In this document: positions 8,170 through 16,884 of the stretch, piece after piece
Position numbering within the stretch: position 1 is the stretch's first letter
Layout: every line of letters begins with the position of its first letter
Source: Candidatus Wolframiiraptor sinensis
GTDB taxonomy: Archaea > Thermoproteota > Nitrososphaeria_A > Caldarchaeales > Wolframiiraptoraceae
DNA length: 43,168 nt
Direction of reading: 5' to 3'
Assembly (NCBI GenBank): GCA_023261815.1
Contig: JALNKA010000008.1
Location: 1-43,168, forward strand
Notes under the pieces: generated by a model
Database searches by the model: none
Seen by the model: only the letters and a program-made list of their open reading frames with translations
What the model was told of the DNA's origin: nothing
Program-made: the position numbers and the translations under genes

Positions 8170-9273
8170 TTATCCGAGACCAGATATCTTGAGAATTAGC
8201 TCGGCATCCTCGGCCCGGGGATTGAACTTGTGCAGAATAGTGTAGCGATCTGGCCTTATGTTCCGTGCCTCGAGTATCGTGCGAATTATCAGGTCTCGTG
8301 GAAGCCCGATCTCCTCCAAGCTCGTCGGAAGCCCCACTCTAAGGAAGTACTCGCGAATCATTTTCAGTCGATATCTCTCATCCGCCCACCAGTCCGGGTT
8401 CCTCAACTCGTGGTATGCCGCCATGAGTAGCGTGCCTATGGCGCATTGTATCCCGTGAGGATATCTACGCCCCAGCTTCATGTCGAGGTAATGGCTTATG
8501 AGGTGCTCGCTTCCTGACGCGGGTCTCGAGGAGCTGACGATCATCATGGCCGCGCCGCAATTTACCAGAGCCTTTGCAAGGACCTCGAGCGAGGATCTCG
8601 CCCCCGCGGAGCCCATTATCGACGAAGTTAGCATCTCGAGAGAGTCGAGGATGAGCTTTTCAGCGGTTGGGCAATACGGCTCACCCACATCCCTTCTACC
8701 GAGCTGCCAATCCTTAATCGAAACTATCTTCGCGAGGACATCCCCATAGCCCGATATTATCAGATCCCTCGGAGCGGTTTTGATTATCTCGAGGTCTATG
8801 ACCGCTATCCTAGGCGACCTAGCGAGGATCGACTTTCTTCCACTCCCCTCGAAGAGCGAGACTATTGGGGAGACGATTCCATCGTGGGAGAGAGATGTTG
8901 GTATGGAGATGAAACCCGCGCCCACCTTATACGCCGCGTATTTGGCCACATCTATCACAGTCCCTCCTCCGACGCCCACAACCGTTCTCGCGCCCTCAAC
9001 CTTCGCCGCGATCTCCTCAGCGAATAAGAATGTGGGGGTCTCAACGAGGAAGCCCTCACCCTCCAGCAGCTCCATGACCCTCCTTCCGGCCACTCTATAC
9101 GTATTCTCATCGTAGAAGACCGCGTAAGGCGGCTCGAGGTCTAGGTCTCCGATCTTTGGAGCAATTTCATCTATGGAGCCCATGAAAATCGCTTTAAGCG
9201 TCCTATCATGGGGATAGCCGCAGCCGCATTCCTCCCCGGACTTTAAAGCGTGATCGAGCTCGAGCTTCCTCAA
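8170..9273 (-). CDS. egsA: sn-glycerol-1-phosphate dehydrogenase
   Basis: GVGGGTVIDVAKY, PTSLSHDGIVSP, SRPASGSEHLISH, HGIQ. Confidence 0.9.
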   Translation of the reverse strand: MRKLELDHALKSGEECGCGYPHDRTLKAIFMGSIDEIAPKIGDLDLEPPYAVFYDENTYRVAGRRVMELLEGEGFLVETPTFLFAEEIAAKVEGARTVVGVGGGTVIDVAKYAAYKVGAGFISIPTSLSHDGIVSPIVSLFEGSGRKSILARSPRIAVIDLEIIKTAPRDLIISGYGDVLAKIVSIKDWQLGRRDVGEPYCPTAEKLILDSLEMLTSSIMGSAGARSSLEVLAKALVNCGAAMMIVSSSRPASGSEHLISHYLDMKLGRRYPHGIQCAIGTLLMAAYHELRNPDWWADERYRLKMIREYFLRVGLPTSLEEIGLPRDLIIRTILEARNIRPDRYTILHKFNPRAEDAELILKISGLG

Positions 9274-9359
9274 GCCATCTCGGCTTTTTGAAGACTAACA
9301 GAGCGCATTTAAAAGTTGATCGCGGCGAATAAACTTAAAAGCAATCGATTATAGGATTT

Positions 9360-10175
9360 GTGGAGATGCCCAAGCGCATCATAATTAAGGACTCGGATTT
9401 GGAGGAGGCTGAGCCCGTTATAGAGCCTGTTGAAGAGGCTGAGAAGCCGGTGGAGGCAACAATCGGAGAGGTGGAGGTCGAGGAGGCCGGTGCCGCCGAG
9501 AGGAGAGAGGATGTAATGCTCGAGAAGGCCCTCGCGGACGCTGAGGCCGCCTATGAGCTCGTCATCGGAAAGATCGAGGAGATAAGGGTTAGGGAGGAGG
9601 TCACTCAGAAAAAGTTTCTGGAGGATCCCGGGATGAGCCTCACGATACTCAAGAAGCTCATCCAGCGCTGGGACTCCATGAGAGAGGACCTGGTGCGCTA
9701 TATCGACGACGCCGCCGAGAGGTATCGCAAGCTGGCTGGGTTGCTGGAGGAGAAGTTCTCGAGCATCGAGGAGGAGGTCTACTTCAATCAGGTTGAGCTT
9801 GATACGCTAATGCAGCTCGAGTCTCAGGGAAAGCCGATCTCGGTCTCGAAGAGGGAGGAGTTGGAGAGCATGATCCCAAAGCTGAGAGAGGAGCTCGCCC
9901 AGATCGATAAGATGATTAAAGAGGTTAATAGCAGGATCGAGGAGCTTAGGAGAATGCGTGAGAACGTCTATGAAGCAACATCGTATAAGGGGCTCGTGGA
10001 ATCCATCTTTACGCAGCTCATTAATAGCCTCCAGACGAGGTATGAGAACCCCGATGAGGCGGCGGTAAAGATCAGATCCCAGATCGAGGTCATAGCCCAG
10101 CGCGAGGGGATCCCGAGGGAGTACGCGACTCTATACCTCTGGAAGAGGTTGAAGGGCCAGCTCAAGACCGCCTAA
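9360..10175 (+). CDS. Hypothetical protein with acidic N-terminus and coiled-coil core
   Basis: 271-aa ORF with typical codon usage; Glu-rich N-terminus and long amphipathic helices; TTAAAA upstream. Confidence 0.75.
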   Translation: MEMPKRIIIKDSDLEEAEPVIEPVEEAEKPVEATIGEVEVEEAGAAERREDVMLEKALADAEAAYELVIGKIEEIRVREEVTQKKFLEDPGMSLTILKKLIQRWDSMREDLVRYIDDAAERYRKLAGLLEEKFSSIEEEVYFNQVELDTLMQLESQGKPISVSKREELESMIPKLREELAQIDKMIKEVNSRIEELRRMRENVYEATSYKGLVESIFTQLINSLQTRYENPDEAAVKIRSQIEVIAQREGIPREYATLYLWKRLKGQLKTA

Positions 10176-10563
10176 GCGCGGGCCTAAACTTATAGCCGTA
10201 CTCGATTATACCCTGATCTCCGTTAACTCTAATTCTCCGGAAGACCGCTTCAACTCTAGCTCCATCTCTCAGCTCATCCTCCCTGAAGTCGGTGAGCTGG
10301 GAGATTATTCTCGTCCCATCATCGAGCTCTATGAGGCCTATAGCGTAGGGCGCGACCTGCGCAAACTCCTTCGGAGGAGACCTGACGGTCGTGTATGCTA
10401 TCAGCCTGCCCGAGGCGGGTAGCTCAATCTGGGCGAACTCCCTGGACCTGCACCTCTTACAGACCACCGGCTTATAATTGTGGAAGGCTCCGCAGTGGAC
10501 ACATTTCCAACCCGCGAGCCTATAGAGGAATGGCATGTTTCTCCAATATCCCGGAACCCTCAT
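10162..10563 (-). CDS. DUF35 Zn-ribbon/OB-fold scaffold protein of the thiolase/HMGCS complex
   Basis: CVHC and CKRC, PYAIGLIEL, FRRI...GIIEYGYKF; directly downstream of the thiolase. Confidence 0.9.
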   Translation of the reverse strand: MRVPGYWRNMPFLYRLAGWKCVHCGAFHNYKPVVCKRCRSREFAQIELPASGRLIAYTTVRSPPKEFAQVAPYAIGLIELDDGTRIISQLTDFREDELRDGARVEAVFRRIRVNGDQGIIEYGYKFRPALRRS

Positions 10564-10577
10564 CTTCTCATCACCCC

Positions 10578-11726
10578 TTACTCTTTCTTGAGCAGACTTG
10601 CAAATGCCGCCGCGCCAACGCCGCTCAAGGACAATGTCAGCCCTACCCTCGGATTATCGAGCTGATTCTTTCCAGCGCGCTCGGCCAGCTGGAGATAGAT
10701 CTCCGCTACCTGGTATAATGCCGTCGCGCCGAATGGGTGCCCGCGCGCCTTAAGGCCCCCAAAGGTGTTACATGGAAGGCGCCCGTTGAGGCCGAACTCG
10801 CCCTTCATGGCCAGCTTGCCGGCCTCGCCGGGCGGCGAGAATCCACCGGACTCCAGGCAGAGCGCGGCCAATATGGATGTGGCATCATGGAGCTCGATCA
10901 TGTTTATCTCGCTTCTGCTGACCCCAGCTTGCTCTAGGACCTTGTTCACCGCCAGTAAAACCGATTGTAGCCTGAGCGGATCCTCTCTATCGAATGGGTT
11001 CACGTAGTCCGTCGCGGAGGAGATGTAGATTCTGGCTTTGGGGGAGCTTAGCCTGCGCGCTAGATCCTCGTTCACGAGAATCACCGCGGCGGCGCCATCC
11101 CCTATGCCGCTCACCTCGAGCATTCTAAGCGGATCAGCGATGAAGGGCGATTCCAAGACCCGATCTAGGCTTATCTTGAATGGGTATTGGGCGTGGGGGA
11201 CCCCCTCGGCGTGCTCGTGGCTTATCACTGGGAAGAATGGTATGCCCTCCTCGCCATATCTCTTCGAGTAGAGCCTGTAGAGCAGGGCGTTCAGCGCGTA
11301 GAAGTCCGCCCCCATGAAGCCCTCATACCAGCTTCTCCCGCTCATCATCATCATCCCCGAGGAAACCTCATCCGAGAGGCCGTCGGAGAGCTTCTCTCCC
11401 CCGACCACTAAAACGGCCTCGGATCTGCCCGAGGCGACATCACAGAACCCAGCATAGAGCGCCGCGGCCCCGGAGGCTTCAGCCGCCTCCATCCTGAGCG
11501 CCGGCGCGCCGACGAGCCCAGCGCACTCAGCCATTAATGCGCCCAGATTCATCTGGTCTTGTAGAGGTTCACTTAAGGCGCATCCAACGTAGATCGCGTT
11601 TACGCTGGAGACGCCCGCGTCCTCCATGGCCTTATTGGCTGCCTCGACCATGAGGTGCTCAAGATCCCTATCCCAGTGCTCCGCGATCTTCGTGAAGCCC
11701 ACTCCCGCGACGTATACTCCGGCCAT
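10578..11726 (-). CDS. Archaeal acetoacetyl-CoA thiolase family protein (catalytic Cys replaced by Glu)
   Basis: VGGEK, DGAAA, ELHDA and GGLKARGHPFGATA motifs; EAAEASG in place of EAACASG. Confidence 0.88.
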   Translation of the reverse strand: MAGVYVAGVGFTKIAEHWDRDLEHLMVEAANKAMEDAGVSSVNAIYVGCALSEPLQDQMNLGALMAECAGLVGAPALRMEAAEASGAAALYAGFCDVASGRSEAVLVVGGEKLSDGLSDEVSSGMMMMSGRSWYEGFMGADFYALNALLYRLYSKRYGEEGIPFFPVISHEHAEGVPHAQYPFKISLDRVLESPFIADPLRMLEVSGIGDGAAAVILVNEDLARRLSSPKARIYISSATDYVNPFDREDPLRLQSVLLAVNKVLEQAGVSRSEINMIELHDATSILAALCLESGGFSPPGEAGKLAMKGEFGLNGRLPCNTFGGLKARGHPFGATALYQVAEIYLQLAERAGKNQLDNPRVGLTLSLSGVGAAAFASLLKKE

Positions 11727-11733
11727 CGCCAGC

Positions 11734-12783
11734 TCACCTCATGAGAATCTCATCCCTCAGCTTCAAGTATGTCGAGTAATCCACGTAGATCTTGTCCTCG
11801 ATGAGCTCGGCGAGTCTTGGGGCTAAATCCCTCTTCTCCAAGATGCCGTCGAGAACCCTGATCACGAAAGCATCGCTGCCGGCTCCCGAGCCATATGATG
11901 CTAGAAGTATTCTTTGGCCGGGCTGAGCCTGATCTAGGACATTTACCAGGCCCAGCAGCGAGCAGGCGCTGTAAGTGTTCCCAACGAGGTTCGCTATGAG
12001 CCCTGGGGAAACCTTTTCCTGGCCAACCTTAAGATACTTCGCGACAGCAAGCGGGAACTTCACGTTAGGCTGATGAAAAACAAAGTAGTCGATCTCGCTG
12101 AGGGAGTAGCCATCATTCTCAAGGAGCGATTTCACAGCGCCGATTATGTGCTTGAAGTATGCCGGCTCGCCGGTGAACCTCGCCGTATGCATCGGATACT
12201 TGTCGGAGGGCCTTCTCCAGAAATCCGGGGTATCAGTCGCGTAGCCGCTCCAAGCCTCAATCTCCGCAACAGCCCCGTGATCCGGCTTTCCGATGATGAA
12301 TGCCGCGGCCCCGCTTGCCGCAGTATATTCCAGCGCATCGCCAGGCCGCCCCTGGGCAGCATCAGCTCCGATCGCTAAGCCGTATTCTATCTGGCCCGAG
12401 CGCACTAGGCCCGCTATTATCGCTATCGCCTCGCTACCGGCTTTGCAGGCAAATTCGAGGTCTGCGGCGAGCTTCGTGGGTGTGGCGCCGATGGCCTCAG
12501 CTACGATAGTTCCGGTGGGCTTGACCGCGTAGGGCTTCGACTCGCTTCCAACATAGATCGCGCCTATTTTCCTCGGGTCTATCCCGGCTCTCCTGAGGGC
12601 AGTTCTAGCTGCTTCGACGGCCATGGTCGCGGCGTCTTCATCGATTCCTGCCACGGTCTTCTCCGTGACTGGAAACCCGGACTTATCCTGCCCCCAGATC
12701 CTGCCTATCTCCTCCGCCTTTATCCTGTATCTCGGGATATAGCCTCCATAACCATGTATTGCTACATCGCCCAGCTTGACCAT
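11734..12783 (-). CDS. hmgS: Archaeal HMG-CoA synthase
   Basis: GSESKPYAVKP, EFACKAG (catalytic Cys), DTPDFWRR, FHQPN, GNTYS, SYGSGAGSD. Confidence 0.95.
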   Translation of the reverse strand: MVKLGDVAIHGYGGYIPRYRIKAEEIGRIWGQDKSGFPVTEKTVAGIDEDAATMAVEAARTALRRAGIDPRKIGAIYVGSESKPYAVKPTGTIVAEAIGATPTKLAADLEFACKAGSEAIAIIAGLVRSGQIEYGLAIGADAAQGRPGDALEYTAASGAAAFIIGKPDHGAVAEIEAWSGYATDTPDFWRRPSDKYPMHTARFTGEPAYFKHIIGAVKSLLENDGYSLSEIDYFVFHQPNVKFPLAVAKYLKVGQEKVSPGLIANLVGNTYSACSLLGLVNVLDQAQPGQRILLASYGSGAGSDAFVIRVLDGILEKRDLAPRLAELIEDKIYVDYSTYLKLRDEILMR

Positions 12784-12892
12784 ATTCCTCTGAGCCTTTT
12801 CCGGCTCCCCCTTTTAAATATTGTCGAGAGGAAGTTCGTCGATCAACGTAAGAAGAAGTCTTAAGCATCAAGCCCTCCTAGCCTGGGATTGG

Positions 12893-13363
12893 ATGAGGAA
12901 GGCCGGCAAGATCATGGAGAAGCTCGATGAAAGGGATCTACTCATTCTGAGGGAGCTCGAACTTGACTCCTCCAGAAGCTTGAGAGAGCTCGCCGAGTCC
13001 CTCGGCATGCCGAGGACAACAGTCCAAGATAGGATTAACAGGCTTAGGAGGATGGGCGTGATAAAGGGTTTCACGGTGAAGCTTGATAAAGCTAAGCTCG
13101 GCAAGGGCACCCTCGCATTCGTCCTCGTCTCATTCATGCCTGGCTCCGAGATCTCCCAGAAAGCCCTAGCCCAGGAGATCGCGATGCTTGATAATGTCGA
13201 GGAGGTGCATCTGATAACCGGGGAATGGGATATACTGCTTAAGGTGAGAGGCTCCTCGATCAAGGAGATAGGAGATCTCGTCATAGATAAGATTAGGGGG
13301 ATGCACGGGGTGGCGAGAACCCTCACGTGCGTCGCCGTCCACAGCGTTAAAGAAGACCCATGA
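12893..13363 (+). CDS. Lrp/AsnC family transcriptional regulator
   Basis: LDERDLLILRELE..SRSLRELAESLG..TTV..RI HTH and ITGEWD RAM domain; start 12893 or 12914. Confidence 0.92.
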   Translation: MRKAGKIMEKLDERDLLILRELELDSSRSLRELAESLGMPRTTVQDRINRLRRMGVIKGFTVKLDKAKLGKGTLAFVLVSFMPGSEISQKALAQEIAMLDNVEEVHLITGEWDILLKVRGSSIKEIGDLVIDKIRGMHGVARTLTCVAVHSVKEDP

Positions 13364-13474
13364 GCCCCTGCACGTTATCGGCGTATTCCTATAAGCTATG
13401 AGTGCGTATTCCGCGATCCGCATTTCCAAGCATAGATTTTATGCCTATTGTTTCCCGGGAAGAGGCTCGAGGAT

Positions 13475-14575
13475 ATGAAGGAGCTTGAGAGGCTTGCGGC
13501 TGAGAAGGCTCGAGCTGCCGTCAAATACGATAAGATCGGGATGAGGGAGGAGGCCGCGAAGCGGTATCGTGAGGTGATAGCCCTCCTAGAGAAGCTCATA
13601 GAGCTCACAGAAGATCCCGTCATGAGGAGGATATACGAGGAGAAGCAGGCACAGTACAGGCGCAGGGTGGAGGCGCTGAGCGAGAAGATCTCGGTTGGCG
13701 GCAGGATCGATGAGCAGGTCGAGGCCGATGATAGCTTCGTAATCCAGAATCCGCCGCCCATAAAGTGGGATGACGTGATAGGCTTGGAGCAGGCGAAGAA
13801 GGCGATTCTCGAGAGCATAATCTACCCGATGAAGAGGCCTGACCTCTTCCCGCTCGGGTGGCCCCGGGGAATCCTGTTATTCGGCCCGCCGGGCTGCGGT
13901 AAGACCATGATCGCCGCCGCGGTCGCGAACGAGATAGACGCCGTATTCATGCACGTGGATGCATCGCTGATAATGTCTAAGTGGCTCGGCGAATCCGAAA
14001 GAAACATCGCGAAGATCTTTAATGCCGCGAGGAAGTACGAGTCCTCGGGGAAGCCCGTTATAATCTTCATAGACGAGGTTGATTCTCTGGCAGCCATGAG
14101 GCTGAATGAGGTCGGCGGAGAAGCGAGGGCGAGAAATCAGCTGATAAAAGAGATGGATGGCTTGCTGGATAAGGGGAGGAAGAGCCTGATCTACATCTTG
14201 GCCGCGACAAATAAGCCCTGGCTCCTCGATGAGCCCTTCATAAGGAGGTTCCAGAAAAGGATCTACATAGGGCTGCCGAACTACGAGGCGAGGCTCAAGC
14301 TATTCCAGTACTATGCGGGGAAGCTCAATCTCGATAACGTGGACTTCGCGGAGCTCGCCAGGATAACCGAGGGATACTCTGCCGCCGACATATACTCAAT
14401 ATGCGTGGAGGTTCAGACGAGAATCGTCAGCGAGTTCTTCGAGCAGGGAGGAGATGAGCTGAGAAAGATAACGATGGAGGACTTCTTGGAGGTCATTAGA
14501 AGCAGGAAGCCGAGCGTCGACCCGAAGAGCATAGAGAGGATGCTCGAGTGGTACGAGAAATTTGGAGCAGTCTAG
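13475..14575 (+). CDS. cdvC: Vps4-like AAA+ ATPase CdvC (MIT + AAA)
   Basis: N-terminal MIT helices (AVKYDKIG..EAAKRY..Y..RVE), FPLGWPRGILLFGPPGCGKT, SKWLGESE, IFIDEVD, ATNKPW, RRFQKRIY. Confidence 0.92.
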   Translation: MKELERLAAEKARAAVKYDKIGMREEAAKRYREVIALLEKLIELTEDPVMRRIYEEKQAQYRRRVEALSEKISVGGRIDEQVEADDSFVIQNPPPIKWDDVIGLEQAKKAILESIIYPMKRPDLFPLGWPRGILLFGPPGCGKTMIAAAVANEIDAVFMHVDASLIMSKWLGESERNIAKIFNAARKYESSGKPVIIFIDEVDSLAAMRLNEVGGEARARNQLIKEMDGLLDKGRKSLIYILAATNKPWLLDEPFIRRFQKRIYIGLPNYEARLKLFQYYAGKLNLDNVDFAELARITEGYSAADIYSICVEVQTRIVSEFFEQGGDELRKITMEDFLEVIRSRKPSVDPKSIERMLEWYEKFGAV

Positions 14576-15312
14576 TCCACGAGCTCTATCAGCCCCTTCT
14601 CCTCCAGCTTCATCAAGATCTCCTTAACCTGCTTAACGTCTATCCCGAGATCCTCCGCGCACTTCCTCAGGTTTATCTCGGAGCCCGCCTTCGAGAGATA
14701 GGAGTAGACCAGCTGTTCCACCTCGGAGAGCTGCGGAGCATCCGGGAAGGCTTTCTCGACGCGCTCCGCCGCGATCTTTCTAGCCTCCTCGAGAATCTTC
14801 TCCGCGTCCTCGCTCACCTCATGGGAGCCCAATTCCACCGGGCTGGCTATATTCGAGCTCGTGAAATCCTCGATATAGCAGGCGAGCTCATGGAGGTTCT
14901 TGGCAGCCTCCGGGGCTACTCCCACGATCTCGTCCTCCACCTCCGCGATGAGCGAGAGCAGTGGAACGACCAATCCTATGAGGTCGCTTACCTCGACTAC
15001 CGTCTCAAGCCTGAGCTTCACCTGCTCCAGCATCAGCTGCGATCTCCTAACCATCTTGGCGAGCCTCCTCAGTTCCGCTATTTCCTCAGCGTATATTGAT
15101 GCTCTTTCCTCGTCCCCGGACTCCATGGCGTCCACGACCTGCTCGAAGTACTCCTTGCTCCTCGACAATAGCTCCCGATACTTGGACTCCAGCCTGAGAA
15201 TCTGCGCATTGAGCTTATTGAGAGATTGCTCGAGATTGCGCCTAATCTCCTCTCTAGCTTCCTCATTAATGAATGGATCTTCTCCGGAACCGCTTCCGCC
15301 AAGCATTTGCAT
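14572..15312 (-). CDS. cdvB: ESCRT-III / CdvB with C-terminal winged helix
   Basis: Snf7 core RASIYAEEIAELR..LEQVKLRLET..PE, EDAEKILEEA..AERV..FP, then a wH (VYSYL..GSEINLRKCAEDLG). Start 15312 or 15306, with a TATA-like sequence near 15342-15347. Confidence 0.88.
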   Translation of the reverse strand: MQMLGGSGSGEDPFINEEAREEIRRNLEQSLNKLNAQILRLESKYRELLSRSKEYFEQVVDAMESGDEERASIYAEEIAELRRLAKMVRRSQLMLEQVKLRLETVVEVSDLIGLVVPLLSLIAEVEDEIVGVAPEAAKNLHELACYIEDFTSSNIASPVELGSHEVSEDAEKILEEARKIAAERVEKAFPDAPQLSEVEQLVYSYLSKAGSEINLRKCAEDLGIDVKQVKEILMKLEEKGLIELVD

Positions 15313-15434
15313 GAGCAAGCTGCTCTCGGGCTTCCGGCCTCTTAAAGTATTTTGGAAAAATGGGGCGCAACGTGATGCTCGTGGGATTCTTGGAGAAATA
15401 CTGTCCACATGCTCTGGATTTGGCCACGAGAGGA

Positions 15435-16877
15435 TCACGCGCGCCTGCTTCCGAATAGGAGCCTAGTCTCCCCCATAGTCTTCAGCTCGACCTCCTTTAC
15501 CCTCACAACTACCGGGAGATCGTTAACGATCCTGCCTATTATCAGGCAGTGCCTCGGAGGAAGCATCCTAGCTATCCTCCTGACGGTTTCCGAATCTATT
15601 CTCGAGGCCTTCGAGATGTAGTTCAAGTCCGACTCATTCGTGAAGTTAAAGAGGAAGATGTTGTCGGCCTGCCTGTACACAGTTTCGGGGATGCTGTCCG
15701 GCTGATTCGTGACGAATATCGGGAATATCCCTATATGCCTCATCCGCGTGACCAGATCATCCCAATACGTCTCTCTGAGGTATAAGTGGGCTTCCTCAGC
15801 CACCAGGAAGAGGGGCTCTATCGCGCCCTCGCGCAGAAGGCTTGAAAGCTTGCTCAACATGTACTCCACGATAATCTTCTTCGTCTGATGTATGCTTCTC
15901 GAAAGGTCTATCACGATTACCCCGCCCCTCCCGGAGTTCAATATCTCCTTGATTTCCGTCGGGTTATCGTCGTCGAAGAAGCCTGTCTCGCTGAGGCTTA
16001 GAAGCCTGCTCATCAGGGCCTCCCTCACGGACTCGTGCATCGGCATTCTCCCTACGGCGCTTATAAGCCCCCTCAGCGTGATCTCGCCTTCATTCTTCTC
16101 GACGAGGCTCCAGATCCTGATGAACTCCCTTATCGTGGTTGCAGGCGTCGCGAAGATGTGCTGGAGGATGTCAGTCATGGTCTTGAGGCCCGCATCCTTG
16201 ACCGAGACCCTGAAGTTTTCTCCCGGGGAGAGTATGATGTGCTTGTCGGCTATCCTGCTAGCAGTGCCGTTAATGGTCTCTGATAGGCCGAGGTATTCAC
16301 CGTTTATGTCGAAGACCACCACAGTGGCGCCGTACTCCGCCAGCGATGTTATCAGGATCTTCGTCAAATAGGATTTGCCCGTCTCCTTCTTGCCCGTGAT
16401 TATCGTCAGCCGGCCATCCAGATCTTCCGCGCTCACGGAGACCACGCCGCTCATGCACTCCCCGATGATTATCCGCCTTCGGCCGCATGTTCGCATGAGC
16501 TTGAAGATGAGCTCCGGGGACGCCCTCTCTATCCTCGAGCTGAACCTCGATGGAAGCCAGATCACATCATTCCTCAGCACCCCATCAACAATCACCCCGC
16601 GGAGCTTCGCTATTATCCTCCGAGAGTCCTTCACATCGAGGAGTATCGAGCCGACGCCGTATGGGTCGAAGTTCCTCATCGAGAGCTGCTCGGATGCGAG
16701 CTCCCTCAATACGTCCTCCAAAATGCCCGGGACGTCTGCGTACTCCGCATCTATCACTTGGGCCAAGAGGGATTTACCGCCATCAGTTATTAGTATATAG
16801 TCTCCGCGGATAAGCGGCTCCTCATCAGGCGAGGCTAGGAGCTCGATCGTGTCTCCGCTCTTCGAGAGAATCTTCAC
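15435..16877 (-). CDS. herA: HerA-like ATPase/helicase (HAS barrel + FtsK/HerA ATPase)
   Basis: Walker A GKKETGKS, VFDINGEY, Walker B VAEEAH, RMRHIG, TNQP. GTG at 16877 preceded by GGAGGTGA. Confidence 0.85.
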   Translation of the reverse strand: MKILSKSGDTIELLASPDEEPLIRGDYILITDGGKSLLAQVIDAEYADVPGILEDVLRELASEQLSMRNFDPYGVGSILLDVKDSRRIIAKLRGVIVDGVLRNDVIWLPSRFSSRIERASPELIFKLMRTCGRRRIIIGECMSGVVSVSAEDLDGRLTIITGKKETGKSYLTKILITSLAEYGATVVVFDINGEYLGLSETINGTASRIADKHIILSPGENFRVSVKDAGLKTMTDILQHIFATPATTIREFIRIWSLVEKNEGEITLRGLISAVGRMPMHESVREALMSRLLSLSETGFFDDDNPTEIKEILNSGRGGVIVIDLSRSIHQTKKIIVEYMLSKLSSLLREGAIEPLFLVAEEAHLYLRETYWDDLVTRMRHIGIFPIFVTNQPDSIPETVYRQADNIFLFNFTNESDLNYISKASRIDSETVRRIARMLPPRHCLIIGRIVNDLPVVVRVKEVELKTMGETRLLFGSRRA

Positions 16878-16884
16878 CCATTCA

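Noticed and set aside
15313-15438. N-terminal extension of the CdvB ORF given in the ORF track
   Set aside because: The extension looks non-coding and contains a TATA-like element; the real start is probably 15312 or 15306.
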